From the NCBI GenBank assembly GCA_001662655.1, contig KV460237.1: DNA of 64,000 bases; one strand, given 5' to 3'. The translations under genes and the position numbers were made by a program. This stretch comes from Pseudogymnoascus verrucosus (taxonomy: Eukaryota). Shown here piece by piece: positions 48,900-62,551 of the stretch (position 1 is its first letter; each line of letters begins with the position of its first letter). Below the pieces are notes generated by a model, which was not told the DNA's origin, ran no database searches, and saw only the letters and a list, made by a program, of their open reading frames with translations.

Positions 48900-50563
48900 T
48901 TAAACAGTCTTTGTCCCTTGAACTACTTCCAGATGGTTGATAGCCTGACCACCTTTCTGAGAGTCACTTGAACCTCTATCATGACCCAATTCGCTAGCTT
49001 TTTCGGCTTGAACAGTAATTGCGGCTGCGGGACCATCGAAAATTTCTGCAATCTCCTCGAGACCCCGGCCCTTGGTTTCTGGCAGAAAGAAGAAAGTGAT
49101 GGTTATCTCAAACGCCAAAATGACGCAATATACAATATAGTACCGCCATTTGATAGCATCTATGGCAATGGGGTTGACAAAGTTGTTGAAGACACTTGCG
49201 GTGTAAGCGCATAATTGGAAAATCATCGAGGTTTTGGCCCGAAGGGAGAATGGCGCAGATTCGATGACATAGACGATGGCGGAGGCGCCAACGGGTTGAT
49301 ATCCGAGTTGAAAAATAAAGATCATAGCGACGACGGCCGAGGCTAAACTCTTGTTGTGGAAATTTTGCTCTTGGTTAAGGGCGGACAAGACGGTCCATAT
49401 GATAAACACGAGAAACATGGTGGTAGTTCCGAAGAGTATGAGTCCACGACGTCCAACCCGGTCGATCAACAGCGCGCTGACAATAGAGCAGCCAACTTTA
49501 AAGACTGCTATTAAAGCGTTGATCAATAGTTGCGTCTCAGGTTTTGTGATATTGATAGAGTTGAGGACCTTGGGTAAATAATAGCTTGTCAGCCCATTGC
49601 CAGACCACTGGGTCATGTAGCCGACGAAGATGAGGATAAAAAGGCGGCGTCGATTGCCGGGAGTGCGAACGAATTCACTCCACTGCATCGCCTTCTGTTC
49701 CTTCTCTTGATTAAGAGCAATTTGGATTTCTGCTACTTCAAACCGGACCAGGCGAGAATTACGATCCCCATTGGCATGATACTTGGCTATCATGTCGATA
49801 GCCTCGTCGGTTCGATCATTGTATATCAGCCAACGGGGCGATTCGGGGGCGAAAAAGCTCAGGATCAACTGAATGACGGACGGAACAATCTGCAGCATGC
49901 TGGGTAGGCGCCAGCTCCACGAGGATTGGAGCTTGAAAGTGCCATAGGTGGTCCATGCAGCAATCAGATATCCCTGCAACAATGTTAATCAAGGCTGGGC
50001 GGGTTGGGGTAGTCTAAACTTACCACAGGCCATTGGGTCATATACAGAGAAACCAACTTTCCACGGTGTGATGGATATGCACACTCCATCATTAATTGCG
50101 GCGCCGCAACGGCCACAAGACCACCTCCGATACCAATCAAGAAGCGACCGAGGATAAACATGCCATAATGAACGGCCGCCGTCTGCAATATAGAGCCGAC
50201 AATGATAATCGAGGTGCCAATGGTAATGGGGTACCGTCTTCCAATCTTCTCACATAGCTGAGATGAGAATGTGAGAGAAATTAAAACACCAAAGGCAACA
50301 CCGTTGACCATGGCCCCGAGTTTCCCAGCGCTAGGAGAACCGAAGTACTCTCGCCATTGCGGAAGAGCTTGCATACCATTTAGCATGCTCCCATCGTAAC
50401 CTGTCGCAGTCTGGCCAAGGAAAGCGCAGAGCAAAAGCAAATTCAGCTGGACTAGCCTAGGGTATTTAATCCAGATTTTCTCTAGTTTGGGCGTAACATC
50501 CACGAGAGTGAGGCCTTTAAATTCATCCGAAACAGGCATCGTTGAAACGCGTTCGGAGGACAT
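48900..50563 (-). CDS. MFS sugar porter, lactose/cellodextrin permease-like
   Basis: Motifs GYDGSMLNGMQ, KIGRR, ECAYPSHRG, PESPRWL, QWSGN, DRVGRR and PETKGRGLEEI; one intron near 49974-50023. Confidence 0.92.
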
Positions 50564-51254
50564 AGTTGTCGAGGTCAATAGGCGTACTGTATTGAGCAGT
50601 TGGGATTGAGCGTGATAAAAAGTTTACTCCCCTCATATTAGAGCGTCGACAACAGCTATATATTATATTATCAAGCTGGGCGACAAGTGGTGGAGGTCGG
50701 AGCAGGTGTTGCCGGCACCACCTGTATTGCGCGGCGCGACCTCTCCCAGTTTCCGGCTGGGGAAAGCCAGCCCGCTGCTCCACAACCCAACAATTACTAC
50801 TGCTGGCATGTTAAACGCGGGGTATCTGTGGAGAAGGTGGGTCCTGTAGCATCTAGCACGTACTGTTATCTGGCATGGTAACATTAATTAGGACTATCAA
50901 GCCTTCACTAGTTGTCTGGGTTAGTGGTGGCTGTTGTAGCAAGATAATATTCCAGATTAAAATCAAAGCCCGGCCATCGGGTTAGGTGCGCAAATGTCGG
51001 CCGACCGGAGACTGATGGAAAAACCATGGCGGCGCCATAGATCCGATCTCTTGCCAGTGAAAACTACAAGAGTATGGCAGTTTAGTCCATCTTGGAGTTT
51101 CTGCGGATAGCTTACCCCCGTCCGACATCTTGAGTGAATGTTACAGGGCGACGACATAGATACTCACCGAGTGCAAAGCTATAACCAGGCTTTGTTCCCA
51201 TCAAACCAATCAAACTAAGCAGAGAGCAGAAGATAGAGAGCCACTTTATTCACC

Positions 51255-52813
51255 ATGGGCAGCTGGTATAACATTGAAACCAAAGGCGCAAGTGCTCCAG
51301 CAACTTTCACGGCCGAAATTTCCGATTTTAAAACCCTCAAGCGCAATCCTCAGCATGAGTCTCTGAAACATTGTCTTGTTGAGCTATACTCGGAGAACGT
51401 CATAGCAAAAGTTCTTCGCGCAGCTGTTGATCATCTGTTGGAAAATGTGAGCAAATAACATCCCAAATACTGAGAACAAGTGCTGACTCTCTGATAATGT
51501 AGAACCCGCCTGCTCAGTATCCGGAGACTGTACCACAGCTTGGGTCTGGCAAGGGTCGCTATGAATCGCGAGAGATTGACTTCTGGACAAGCGGCTTCTT
51601 TCCTGGGTGCATCTACTTGCTGCTCGAGCGATTCATAAAACATCCACACGCCCTGGGTATCCAAAATGCAGAGGTTAGCCTACCCGTGCTTCGCCAAAGG
51701 TTCAGAGGACTCGGCCATATCTGGTCTGAACCTCTTCGCAGCCAAGCATTGCGGAAGGATACGCATGACCTGGGTTTCGTGATAATGCCTCATATGCGTC
51801 CCAGATGGGAGCTTTTTCATGACGAAAGCGCCCTTGAGACTATCGTAACAGCTGCAGGGAGTCTATACGCACGGTATGACCCACAGGTACAGGCGATTCG
51901 CTCATGGGACACTTTCGACTGGCACGAAGGTGTTGAGATAACATCCATGGAGGAGAACTTTCTTGTCATCATCGATTCTATGTGTAATATGGACCTACTA
52001 TTCTATTCGGCGGCACATTCCGGAAACACGGCGCTCTCCGACGCGGCGGTGAATCATTCACGCACACTGTTGAAGTCGCATCTCCGTGTTGAGACTGTCA
52101 CTCGAAGAGGCTACGCCGGGTGCCTGTACAGCTCTGCACACCTAGTTAATTTTGCTCCTGCGACGGGGTCAATTAAAGAGGTGCGAACAGCCCAAGGGTA
52201 TAGCAAAGACTCAACCTGGTCCCGAGGACAGGCGTGGGCAATACTTGGTTATGCGCAGACGTATCACTGGACTGGCCACGCCGAGTTTCTTGACGCGGCA
52301 TGTGGTCTAGCAGAGTATTTTGTTTCTCGCCTTGAGACTGCACCCGAGTGCGTCGAAATAGAACTGCCTAGCTCAGGTGGACGACGTGTTGGGCGATATG
52401 TGCCGTTGTGGGATTTTGATGCTCCAATCCAAGATTCTCAGAATCCCCTGCGCGACACTTCAGCAGGAGTTATTGCCGCCAATGGCATGCTTGTGCTGTC
52501 AAACGTCTTGGCAGGAAGAGGGGAACATGAGCTGAGTTCAAGGTACTTGGAGCTGTCCCTCAGGATTGTTCAGGATGTGCTCGATTTTGCTTTGGCCCAA
52601 GAGAAGGCGCATTTAGTAGTCTCTGAGCATGGCGAGCTAGCTTGTAAAGACTCTATTGCGGGTGGACGGTTTGAATCCATCCTAAAACATTCGACCGTAT
52701 GCAACAATGCCGCAAGCTTCAGCAAGAACAAGCCTAGTGATCACGGGTTGGTGTATGCGGACTACTACTTGTTGGAGTTTGGGGGAAGACTTTTAGACAT
52801 GGGAATACTATAG
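51255..52813 (+). CDS. Glycoside hydrolase family 88 (unsaturated glucuronyl hydrolase), no obvious signal peptide
   Basis: Motifs FWTSGFFPG, THDLGF, IRSW, VIIDSMCN, TAQGY, WSRGQAW, WDFDAP, RDTSAG and YADYY; intron ~51447-51501. Confidence 0.92.
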
Positions 52814-53306
52814 ACAATGCGAAAACATGGTTGTGGCTCATCTAATACAACGTTTTTGGTGTTTTAACTCGCTCTAGTTATCAAGGTATGAAAATTTGAG
52901 ACAAAAGTACCTCTGTATATAAACTTGGTATAAAGATAAGACATTAGGGACTTTATCATACGGGACTTTTATGGCACGATTTGCGTTACTGTACACATGT
53001 AGTTTGGCTCTCTCCTTACTCGGCGACAGGCACTAAGACATCCCAATTAATATCCCTGAAGGGTCCCTAGTGCAACACAAGCATGGGGGATCTGCCGCCT
53101 CACAACACCACTACCACCCCATTAGCCCCGCATGTAACATTACATGATGCTAGAGCTACCTGGAACCCCGTTCCGTCCCCGCAATCTGGCTATGTGCATT
53201 GATAATTATCTCAACATCCCTCCCTCCTGCGTGACTCTTGTTCAATTTCGTGCCGTTCATAATTATATAGGTTTGCGGCTCCTAGCACTTCACGGGTAAT
53301 ACGTCA

Positions 53307-56234
53307 ATGGCAGGCGCACCGATGGAATCGAACAGTGACACAGTGGCTCCCGAAGGAGAGAATCCGCTGCCTTCTTGCGACGAATGCCGGACCCGCAAAC
53401 TAAAATGCTCTCGCCAGAGCCCCTCGTGCTCAAACTGCAGACGGTTGGGTCAGTAGGAGCACCCTTCCCTGCAGGATCGTGTATATGCCTCGAGTCACAC
53501 TGACATTTCCATCCCTGCAGACGTGTCGTGCTTCTATGACCCAGTTCGTACCAAGCCAGGATTCAAGCGTGGCACAATAGACAAACTGGTTAGGCGCATA
53601 GGTACAGCCTAGTTTTTGCCGTAATGGGGAATACGTTACTGATTGACATGCAGAGGTTCTTGAGCACGCTGTTAGCCACCAACGAGATGGTGGTTCTTCA
53701 TCACCCCGTCTCGCAGCTGCTTCTGCAACCCATGATCCTGTCGTTACAAATACTGACCTTGAGGGCTTGGGAACAGCTAATTTCTCAGCTCTTGCTATGC
53801 AAATTCAAAACCTGACTTCTAGCATCTCCTTTTTGTCTCAGTCCATCGTGCCCGGCTCGGGGTCGCCCGGGTCACAATTAGATGCAAGTAGAAACAATGA
53901 TAAGCATCGTTGCAAGCGCCAGAGGTCTGGCAGCGAAGAAACTCAGCAGCCTAGGCACAAAAAACCCTCATGTGAGGCATCTGAAGAGCTTGAATTGTCA
54001 TCACATTTTCTCACTGGAACACATCTTGAGGATCTGCTCGATGCCTACTTCATGAATATTCACCCATGGATCCCCATGATCCATATGACGACATTTAGAC
54101 GAAAAATACAAGGGCTGGATGAAGCCGCCGACCCGCCTCTAATACTACATGCTATGTTAGCTGCGGCGTTGCGCCCCATGAATGCAGCATCTGGCGACCG
54201 CATTTCTGCTGGCCGCATAGAGCGAGAGGTTGAACGATCGAGGAATATAGTCATTACGAGGGCAACCAACAGTCTTACAGTCGAGGACCTCCAAGCCTTG
54301 ATTATTGTCGCGTTCATGCATGTGAGTCTCATTTCCGTGAAATTATGGCGAGTATTCAGCTTAAATTCTGGTACAGATCGGGAATGGCGAGCCGCTAAGA
54401 GCATGGCCTATAGTCGCATTACTCACCAGAACGGTGGAATATCTCCAGCTAAGCGTCGAGGAAGGAGATGCGGACGTACCGGAGGCATTCTTGAGGCCAA
54501 AGCCGTTACCTCCACCATCTGATTGGATGGAGCAAGAGGAGCGTCGACGGGTATTTTGGAATATCTTCATACTAGATCGGCACGTGCATCCTTACTCTAA
54601 CATAGATAGTTGCTAATATTTGTAGAATGTGCTTTGTCCTGACCGGGTCAGTGAACATACGTGAGAATGTCTTCGTAGGGGTGCTGGGCTAACATTTCAC
54701 CAGATGGAATATTGGACTCACTGCTGACAACGTCTCACGAAGACTTCCTATCTGTGGAACACATTGGAACCGAGACAATCCCGCACTATCACCATACTTT
54801 GGGGTATGGGACAAATCGGCTGCCAAAATTAGCAACTCAGTGGCGTTTCTGCCAGCCCACTATGAAAGCCCAGGACAATCCGCGGGCACAAGTGGTGCAG
54901 ATTTTGAAATTACCCCTCCGGGCGCCCAGAAACTGCAATCGCCAACAGCGCATATCGATACGTCAGCTATCGGTGCTTTTGCATACTATGTTGAATCTCT
55001 GGAGTCTCTGTGTCGGATCAACATGTATTTCCTAAATCAGAAGATTGATTTCAGCAACCGCCAAGAAGTTTCCTCCTGGCTCACACGATTTAAGGAACTC
55101 GATCTTCGTCTAGTCCAGTAAGCTAACCCTATTCCTTCAAAAGAGACTGAACAATACGTTATTAATATTGTCGTAAATAGCTGGAGAACCATTTTACCCG
55201 CTAAATGGAAAGATCCCGAAGTCCCCCCTCCGGAGGCGACAGCAGCATTGGACCCGAATATGACCCTAGCCCATATAACGCATAATACGTCAATGATTCT
55301 CTTACATCAGCGAATAGGCTACCCCGAGCCGCAGCTGAAAGGCATCAAGCTCCCAAATTTCAACAGTGCTAAGACATGCCAGTCGGCAGCAATTGAAACA
55401 GCAAATATCGCCATGAAGTATCTTGCTCACGCGCCAGAAACCATGCCACTTTCTCCACAATTTTCTTTTTGCAGCTACGTTAGTGCTCGGGTGCTTCTTG
55501 GTATGTTTCTCAGGTTAGATGAGGCACATAAATTAAATCTAACTACCTGTACAGTGCACTGTCAATATTACGGACTTGCATTGGATCCGAAATTTTCGAT
55601 CCTAGTCAAGTGCCTTCAGGAGGCATCACGGCGGTGGCTTTTCTCTCAAGAACGGAGCTCAACGCCGTCGCTTTCGGATCAATTAGCAGATCATCTCCAA
55701 TTTCTTCACAAGCGCTGTCTCGATGATCCTACTTTCTATTTGAGAGTTGTCGGCTCTGTTGAAAGTGATGTCTCCCGAGTGACTGAGGGTCAATTAGGGG
55801 ACGACATGCAAAGGTCTCAGAATCGATGCGAAGCGAATCATCCCTCAGAACAATTTCTGTCTGCTGTCGCGACTGCGGACTTTGCAACGGCACTACAACT
55901 AGGTCAACCATCAACATCCATCTCTGTCGAAATGCCTCTTGGTGCCCCAGGTAGAAATATATTAAGCGATGAAAACCCCGAGCATTGGACGCCATCATCC
56001 GATGTACCAGAGTTCAGAGGGTCGAAGAGTTCCACTGAACCACAGGACGAGCTGTCTAACATATTGCAAACCCTAACAGATCAAAGTTATGCGGTAATGG
56101 ATCGCGTTATTAGTTTGGACGATTTCAACTTTGATGCGGCATCCTATGACTTGGCACAAATGCCAACCGTACCGGCGAGCAGTGACTGGGCTCCTGAGAT
56201 ATACGGATATGTAGCTAGAGAACATCACTGGTAA
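53307..56234 (+). CDS. Zn(II)2Cys6 transcription factor with fungal-specific TF domain, multi-exon
   Basis: [27 protein letters not shown] binuclear cluster; [45 protein letters not shown]. Confidence 0.92.
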
Positions 56235-56689
56235 GGACGACCGGCATTTTGAATATCATAAGATAGTGCCTACATCTGGCCAGCTGGCCGTACCAATAGG
56301 CAAAGTCGCCACGCATGCATGTAGCCTCACTCGTGTATTGCTATATGGCCCAGAGGGGGCAGCGGATCAACAGCCGCTCCTCTTGGTCAAGGAGCTGGGA
56401 AAAGCCGTGCCAGGCATATGCCTCTCTCTACGCACTCTAGTCCTCAGTACCCCAGGCGGTGCTAACTTGCACTGATATATAGTTGGTTACAACAGAGATG
56501 TGGCATGGGATGTTGGCGATGGTGTTGTTAAACAAGATTGAGTGCACACAGCTTAACCAAGAAAATGGTATAAAGGGCCAGCCACTCGCCTTTATAATTC
56601 GAAGCCTCTGTTAGCATCATATATTTATTTCAAGTTATTTGCTACTATGGAACGGCTAGTCCTTAGAACAGATTTGCCATGGGCATAGG

Positions 56690-57085
56690 GGCGAAGTTAT
56701 TCTAGACAGAGTTAGGGTTATATCCTTTATAGTAGACCTATAGGATAGAATATAGTATTACCTCTAACTTACACTCCTATATACTACTATAGAGAGCTAT
56801 ATCCCTATGTCCTTATAAGTAGCCTCCTAAAGTAGCCTATTCCTAAGCTAGATATTAGAGAAAATACAACTACTTACATTCTAAGACTAAAAATACTATA
56901 TCTATCTATCTACTTATATTATACGTTTAAAGTAATAGTATGCTCCTGTTCTTAGAGCTAGTAGCAGCAAAAGCTGACCTAATATTAGAGCAGACACATT
57001 TTTAGCACGCTTAAGAGTTGCAGGTAACATAATAGCTAGAGCTAACAAGTTGTTATTAGGCGTATAGGCAGTACTTATGTAGACA
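56690..57085. mobile_element. AT/TpA-rich degenerate repeat relic with a RIP-like signature
   Basis: Abrupt AT-rich tract dense in TA/TAG/CTA, visibly poor in CA/TG, with no ORF. Confidence 0.6.
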
Positions 57086-57116
57086 AGAAATATTCGCCGA
57101 TGGTCTATTACGAACT

Positions 57117-57184
57117 GTTACGCCACAGTCAACGTTACGCCACAGTCTACGATACGCTACATCCTACGTTACGCCACAACCAAC
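57117..57184. repeat. 4 x 17-bp tandem repeat (GTTACGCCACAGTCAAC consensus)
   Basis: Units start at 57117, 57134, 57151 and 57168. Confidence 0.9.
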
Positions 57185-57243
57185 ATTACCGACAGTGAGC
57201 CATTTTTTATTACCCGTTGGACTGAACGTCTTCCTCTCTAGCC

Positions 57244-58650
57244 ATGGCAGATGGAAAACAGGATATTGTGATTGTGGGTAGGATATATACGATTGCTGGT
57301 CTGCACATACCTAGCTGATAGTGATCATTAATAGGGGGTGGCATCATCGGCTGCACAACGGCCTACTATCTCACTAAACACCCGTCCTTTGATCCTTCAC
57401 GTCATTCCATAACTCTGTTCGAAGCAACACGAATTGGCGGCGGAGCATCAGGCAAAGCCGGAGGATTACTTGCTCAGTGGGCATATCCCGCGTCCATTGT
57501 ACCACTGAGCTTCGACCTACACAGCCAGCTTGCTGAGGCGCACGACGGCGTACGGCAATGGGGCTACAGGCGCATCAACTGCGGCAAGCTGACCGCGAAG
57601 GACCAAAAACTATCTACATCAGAGGCTGCTACGTCGTGGACCCAGCTCGCTACGTGGTTTCCGCTGGGTAAGAGGAAATACATTAAGGAGGAAAACAGGG
57701 ATCTACCCGCCAAAGACTTTCCAGATGATCTAGATTGGTTCAATGCTAAGTCCATCAAGAGCTACGAGGATATATCCACAACGAATGCCACGGCCCAGGT
57801 AAATCCATTGCAGTTTACCATGACGATGGCAAGGCTCGCGGAGGAGGGCGGTGTCAAGGTTGTTTTAGGCTCGGTAGATGCTATAGGTTATGCTCCGGAT
57901 GATCAGCAATCGCCGAGGGAACAGTATGTGGCGAACGAGAAAGCTGGAGGTTTCATAGCAGGGAATGCGGCTCGTGAGAAGAGAGTGCAATCGGTAAGCT
58001 ACATTGACAAAGCAACATCTGAATCTCGATCAATACCAGCCACTATTGTTGTCATTGCTGCAGGGCCATGGACGCCGGTCCTATTACCTTCCGCCCCCAT
58101 CTCCTCCCTGCGCGCGCACAGCGTCACCATCCGGCCCACGAAACCTGTCTCGGCGTACTGTCTCTTTACGGAGATCCCCGTGGCCCCGGAGGATGCGGAT
58201 GGCGATGGAGCAGAGCAGGGAGATCCGGCGGTGCCGCGGGAGATCGCGAAGGTCATGTGCCCCGAGATATACTCGCGGCCGAATAACGAGGTGTACGTCT
58301 GCGGCTCGGGCGATAACGTCGTTCCTCTACCGGCGAACACCGACGCGGTGGAGGTCTCTAGACAGGACTGCCAAAACATCATTGATGCCGTTGCGAGCAT
58401 ATCTGATGAGCTCGGAAATGGCGTCGTCACTAGTCGCCGCGCTTGTTATCTGCCTGTGATGAATGTAGGTGGCTCAGGAGGGCCGCTGATCGGGGAGACG
58501 GGGGTTCCAGGGTTGTTATTGGCGGCGGGACATAGCTGCTGGGGCATCCACAATGCGCCAGCAACCGGAAAGCTCATTAGTGAAATCATCTTCGATGGCG
58601 AGGCAACCAGTGCAAATATCAGGAGTTTGGATCCTAGACTGGTAGTATAG
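57244..58650 (+). CDS. FAD-dependent oxidoreductase, DAO family (Tda3-like)
   Basis: DIVIVG/GGIIGCTTAYYL across an intron (~57278-57334), GGASGKAGGLLA, VIAAGPWT, PEIYSRP and AAGHSCWGIHNAPATG. Confidence 0.9.
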
Positions 58651-58897
58651 AGTGCGTAATCCAAATAAATCCTTCTACCGAACTGACAAAGAGCTTTGAA
58701 TCTTTATTTTTACACGTAAGACACAAGGAATTTTTGGGACCGCTTACGATTAATTCTTATTTGTCTAAAATTGACAAGGGTCGGCTGGGCGTTGATACAC
58801 AAAGTGGTTCATGACGATCTTACTACGTTATAACACCCTCTTCCTTGAACTGCCCGTTCAGTCATTAAAGTATTGCTTAAAGGTATTTATGATATCA

Positions 58898-61800
58898 TTA
58901 ACTAGACTTATATCTGCCTGCCGATCTTGCATGTGGCAATCTTCTCACGACCACGCCATGATCGTCGTCATTATCATGAATCTGGTCCCCAAATTGTACT
59001 AGGACTATATCTTCCGCCAAGCCCACAGCAATTGCGTTTCTTCCAATTGGTTTTATCGGGCCAACCCTACTTGTAACTACCTCGACCTGGAGCGGATGGG
59101 TGTTGATTATTCCTCTTGCAGTCATCGTCCAGGCTTCCCATCCTTCCTCGTCTAGCTTGGGCTCTTTCCGAGCCCTTTTCTCTCCTCTTCTGAATAGTAT
59201 GCCATTTCGTATGCCCTCACGCACGACCTGGACATCTGGAATTGCTCGTCTTACTCCAGCCACGCCATTGGAAGCAGTGGCTTCCCATGCCCCTGCTTGT
59301 GACATGGAGTAAGAATTTTCTGTGCTACCGTGAAACCCGATACATCTCCTCTCCCTAGCGTCTCTTTCCGCACGGAGACAGAACAATCCTATCCTTTTAC
59401 GTGGATTTGGCTCCGCAGACAGTGTGAGCATTGTGAATCGTCCATCCTGAACTTCACTGTATGCGATCGAGAATGATACAAGTGCTACTGCTCCACACGA
59501 GAGACACTGCTGAGGTGGGGAGTGGATAGTCCTCAATGTACTATGTATAAATGGCTTAGGTTGGAAGACATAAATCGGAGAAGCTATGTTAAGGGATTAT
59601 TGTTAGCGATGAAGATGGTAAGGTTATTTCCACTAACCTGACAGAAAGTCAATTAGATACAATTGAGATGTGACCATGTTAAACGCCAACCCAACCATTT
59701 TCAGATCAGGAATGACAGTGAAGCGCAACCGCGAGGGCTGTTGCAAAGTAGTTAACGGGATATGGAGAGCCTGGGACATCCAGCCGTTTTCTCGGTTAAC
59801 GGTAATATATATCTCGTCATCCTCAGTGACCGAGATGAGTCTCAGCGGATCATGCCGGTGAGAGATGAGGTGGGACGATCGAATTTGCCTGGCGCAGATT
59901 TGGTGTAATATAACATCTTCAGCTTTGCCTTCGACCTTGACTAAAATGCCATTTGCGCCAACCATTAAGAACGTTGAGTGCTGACAATCAGGGAGAAATC
60001 CTGGTACGAAAAAGCATAGGACTATATGAACGTGAAGGCTAGCACTTATGATTCGTAAAGTTTGGAGCTTGATATCCCAAAGACCTACCTCGCCTCGCTT
60101 AGAGCAAATAGCAAGCCACTCCCCCTTGTCGTCAATAGCAACAGCAGCTGCGGGCCATAGACTTTCCAGCTCAGAAGAAGTGGCGAGATGGCTGGTGATA
60201 TTCTTTGGCTTCAAACCCCAAACTCTAATCTCATGGTCAAAACCTATCGATGCTAGATAGGGCTTGGTAGATGTAGATAGTATGTAAACGTCCAAGGTGT
60301 GACCATGAGGGAGGTAGCGGACAGAACAGAGACTGTCGGGTTTTTGGATTCGTGTTTCTTCCTCGTCCTGTTTGGAATGGGACGAGTAATTCGAGACAAA
60401 GAATGCTAATAGGGAACAGAGGGCAACAATATATAGCCAGAACTGCGTGGGTGTGTAACTGTTTATTAGGAACGACTTAGATATCTTCGTCTGTAATGAC
60501 ACGTTTCTGTTCGTGAATTTTGGCACAACAATCAAAGGGCTGTAGATTCTAGCAACAAAGCCCTGTAATCGAGCATCAGCTAAGAGGTGTATTTCTTTCA
60601 TCGTGTTGTAGTCCTGACTTTCGAGCCAACCCCTTGAATCTGTTGACTGTCCCAATACAGTCTTGAGGCGAGTCGGGTAGTTTGGTGATATTTGGGTTCT
60701 ACCCAGGCCAGGAGCAGACGTAAACTCTTGGTTGAAGTTAAATGAGATCTTTCCAGGGGTGAAGTGCCAAGCCAGCATGGAAATATACAGTAGAATGGCA
60801 ACTGTTCCCTGGTCTCTTACGAAATATAATATAGCCTGCCACCATCGCCAAGTAGTATCTCTTCGTTGTTGGAGATTGAATCCATGAATAGCTGATCCAT
60901 TAACGTCCTCGGTGCCCTCACGATGCTGACCTACATTCTCGAACGAATCTTGTATTCCATAGTTCCGCAAATTGATAGCTAATATCGCCACAAAGAATGA
61001 CCAAAAGAAGAGCATGTCAATTACTAGAGAGAGCGCAGCAAAATAACAGAAAGCGGCCAAGCCCGGAGGGAGCAGCTTTGATAAGATCAAAAGAATAAAA
61101 ACATTCTGCACTACTGCCATAAGCAATAAATGTCCTACGGATCCCAGTGCTATAGATAATCGGCGTTTAGGTCGATCTAGAAGAGGTGTTCTTTCTACTT
61201 CATGGATGAGTCGAAATCTAGCAGCGTATTAGAAACAGCGTGCACACAGTATCAAAGAAACTCTTACATGTTATCTAATGCTCCCACAAGAGCGATAAAC
61301 GGATATGCCTCGAGAGGAATATTGGAAATGTCGAGGTGGAAATATGTAGCAACTGCAAAACTGCAGCAAATCGAAAAGCATCCCTGTAACATCAATAAGA
61401 ATTGAATGCATTTACAAAAGGTAATACGAACCTTCACAGCAATCGCTACCAATAAACCGATCTTGCTTCTCAACGAATTTAGGTTTCTTAAACCCAGGAA
61501 GACGAGAAGTGCCACCAGGCCATAGGCGCCAAAAAATATAGCCTCATCTTGAGCACTAACCAGGCGAGACTGATACTGTAAGAGTTTGCTTCCTGTCCCA
61601 CCATCATCATCCATATAGATGTCCCATCTGCCCTCGCCAGCTTCCGTTAGTGCCGCCACCCGCTCATTCCATATCTCCCCAGCCCGAGATCCCGCCTTGT
61701 AGAAGAGACTCACGACGAGTGCGTCAGCTGCAACAAGTCTATCGCCCGACCACACCGGTTCCAATAAGACCGAGGCCGGTGTCAGGGTGATATTTGCAGG

Positions 61801-62462
61801 GGATTTTCGGGTTATAGGACTGTTGATTGCAGCCAGGATGGAGTCGGTCGATTCGATTGCTGCGGAACCATTCCAGTATAGAAGAGGCGAGTGGATGAAG
61901 GAGACAGCCGCATCGGATTCCAACGCACTGCGCTTGGCAGGTTCTCCGAGGATACCACTAGTACCTTCATGGCGCAACAGTGTCGTGGCCCAACTCGAGA
62001 TTGGTCCCAGGAGCGCCTCTTGAATGTCGACTGCCTCGAGGAGGGTCTCCCGCTCCAAGGCCTTAATCCAGCTGCCCTGAATCCAAAGCTGCTTGATCGA
62101 GATATCTGGAATCAAACTATCTCCACCTGGAAAGGGCAGGATTGACGTCCACGCATGGCCCGAGAGATTTGGGTATTTCGAGGAGAAGGGTGGCTGGCGG
62201 AGATACAGGATCGGCAACGAAAGATATGTGCCAATTGACACCGTAACGGCGATAGTCGCAAGTGCGTGCCGTGCCATGACCATCCCGAGATGGGACATCC
62301 ATCTGTGAAGCTGGTGATCATCGTGAAGTATGGGTGGGTTCAAAGTTCTGTTTGCACGATAGTAAGAAATAGAATGCAGTCACCTAGGATGGGGAAGAGT
62401 TGGCTTTGACCAATAACATGACACACTTACCCTCGTAGAACATAAAGCAGATACCATATCAT
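58898..62462 (-). CDS. SREBP cleavage-activating protein (SCAP/Scp1)-like: sterol-sensing domain plus WD40 region, multi-exon
   Basis: Exon 1 MIWYLLYVLRG spliced (intron 62348..62430) to TLNPPIL; FIHSPLLYW; LVAADALVVSL; SSD-like TM block (LRSKIGLLVA..YPFIALVGALDN..AAFCYFAALSLVIDMLFFWSFFVAIL); WD40 segment HGHTLDVY..SIGFDHEIRVW. Confidence 0.85.
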
Positions 62463-62513
62463 CGTAATTAAAGTGCATGTTGTGCGTTGCTGTCTACGGT
62501 AGGTTGATGAAAG

Positions 62514-62551
62514 CGTGCTTAACCATCCCTTTCGATGGTTAAGCACGTGAC
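62514..62551. promoter_or_regulatory. 14-bp perfect inverted repeat overlapping an E-box (CACGTG) upstream of SCAP
   Basis: Arms CGTGCTTAACCATC (62514-62527) and GATGGTTAAGCACG (62534-62547) around a 6-nt loop; CACGTG at 62544-62549. Function is inferred. Confidence 0.5.

Noticed and set aside
57117..57184. CRISPR-like appearance of short repeats
   Set aside because: Units are directly tandem with no unique spacers, there are no cas genes, and the context is eukaryotic.
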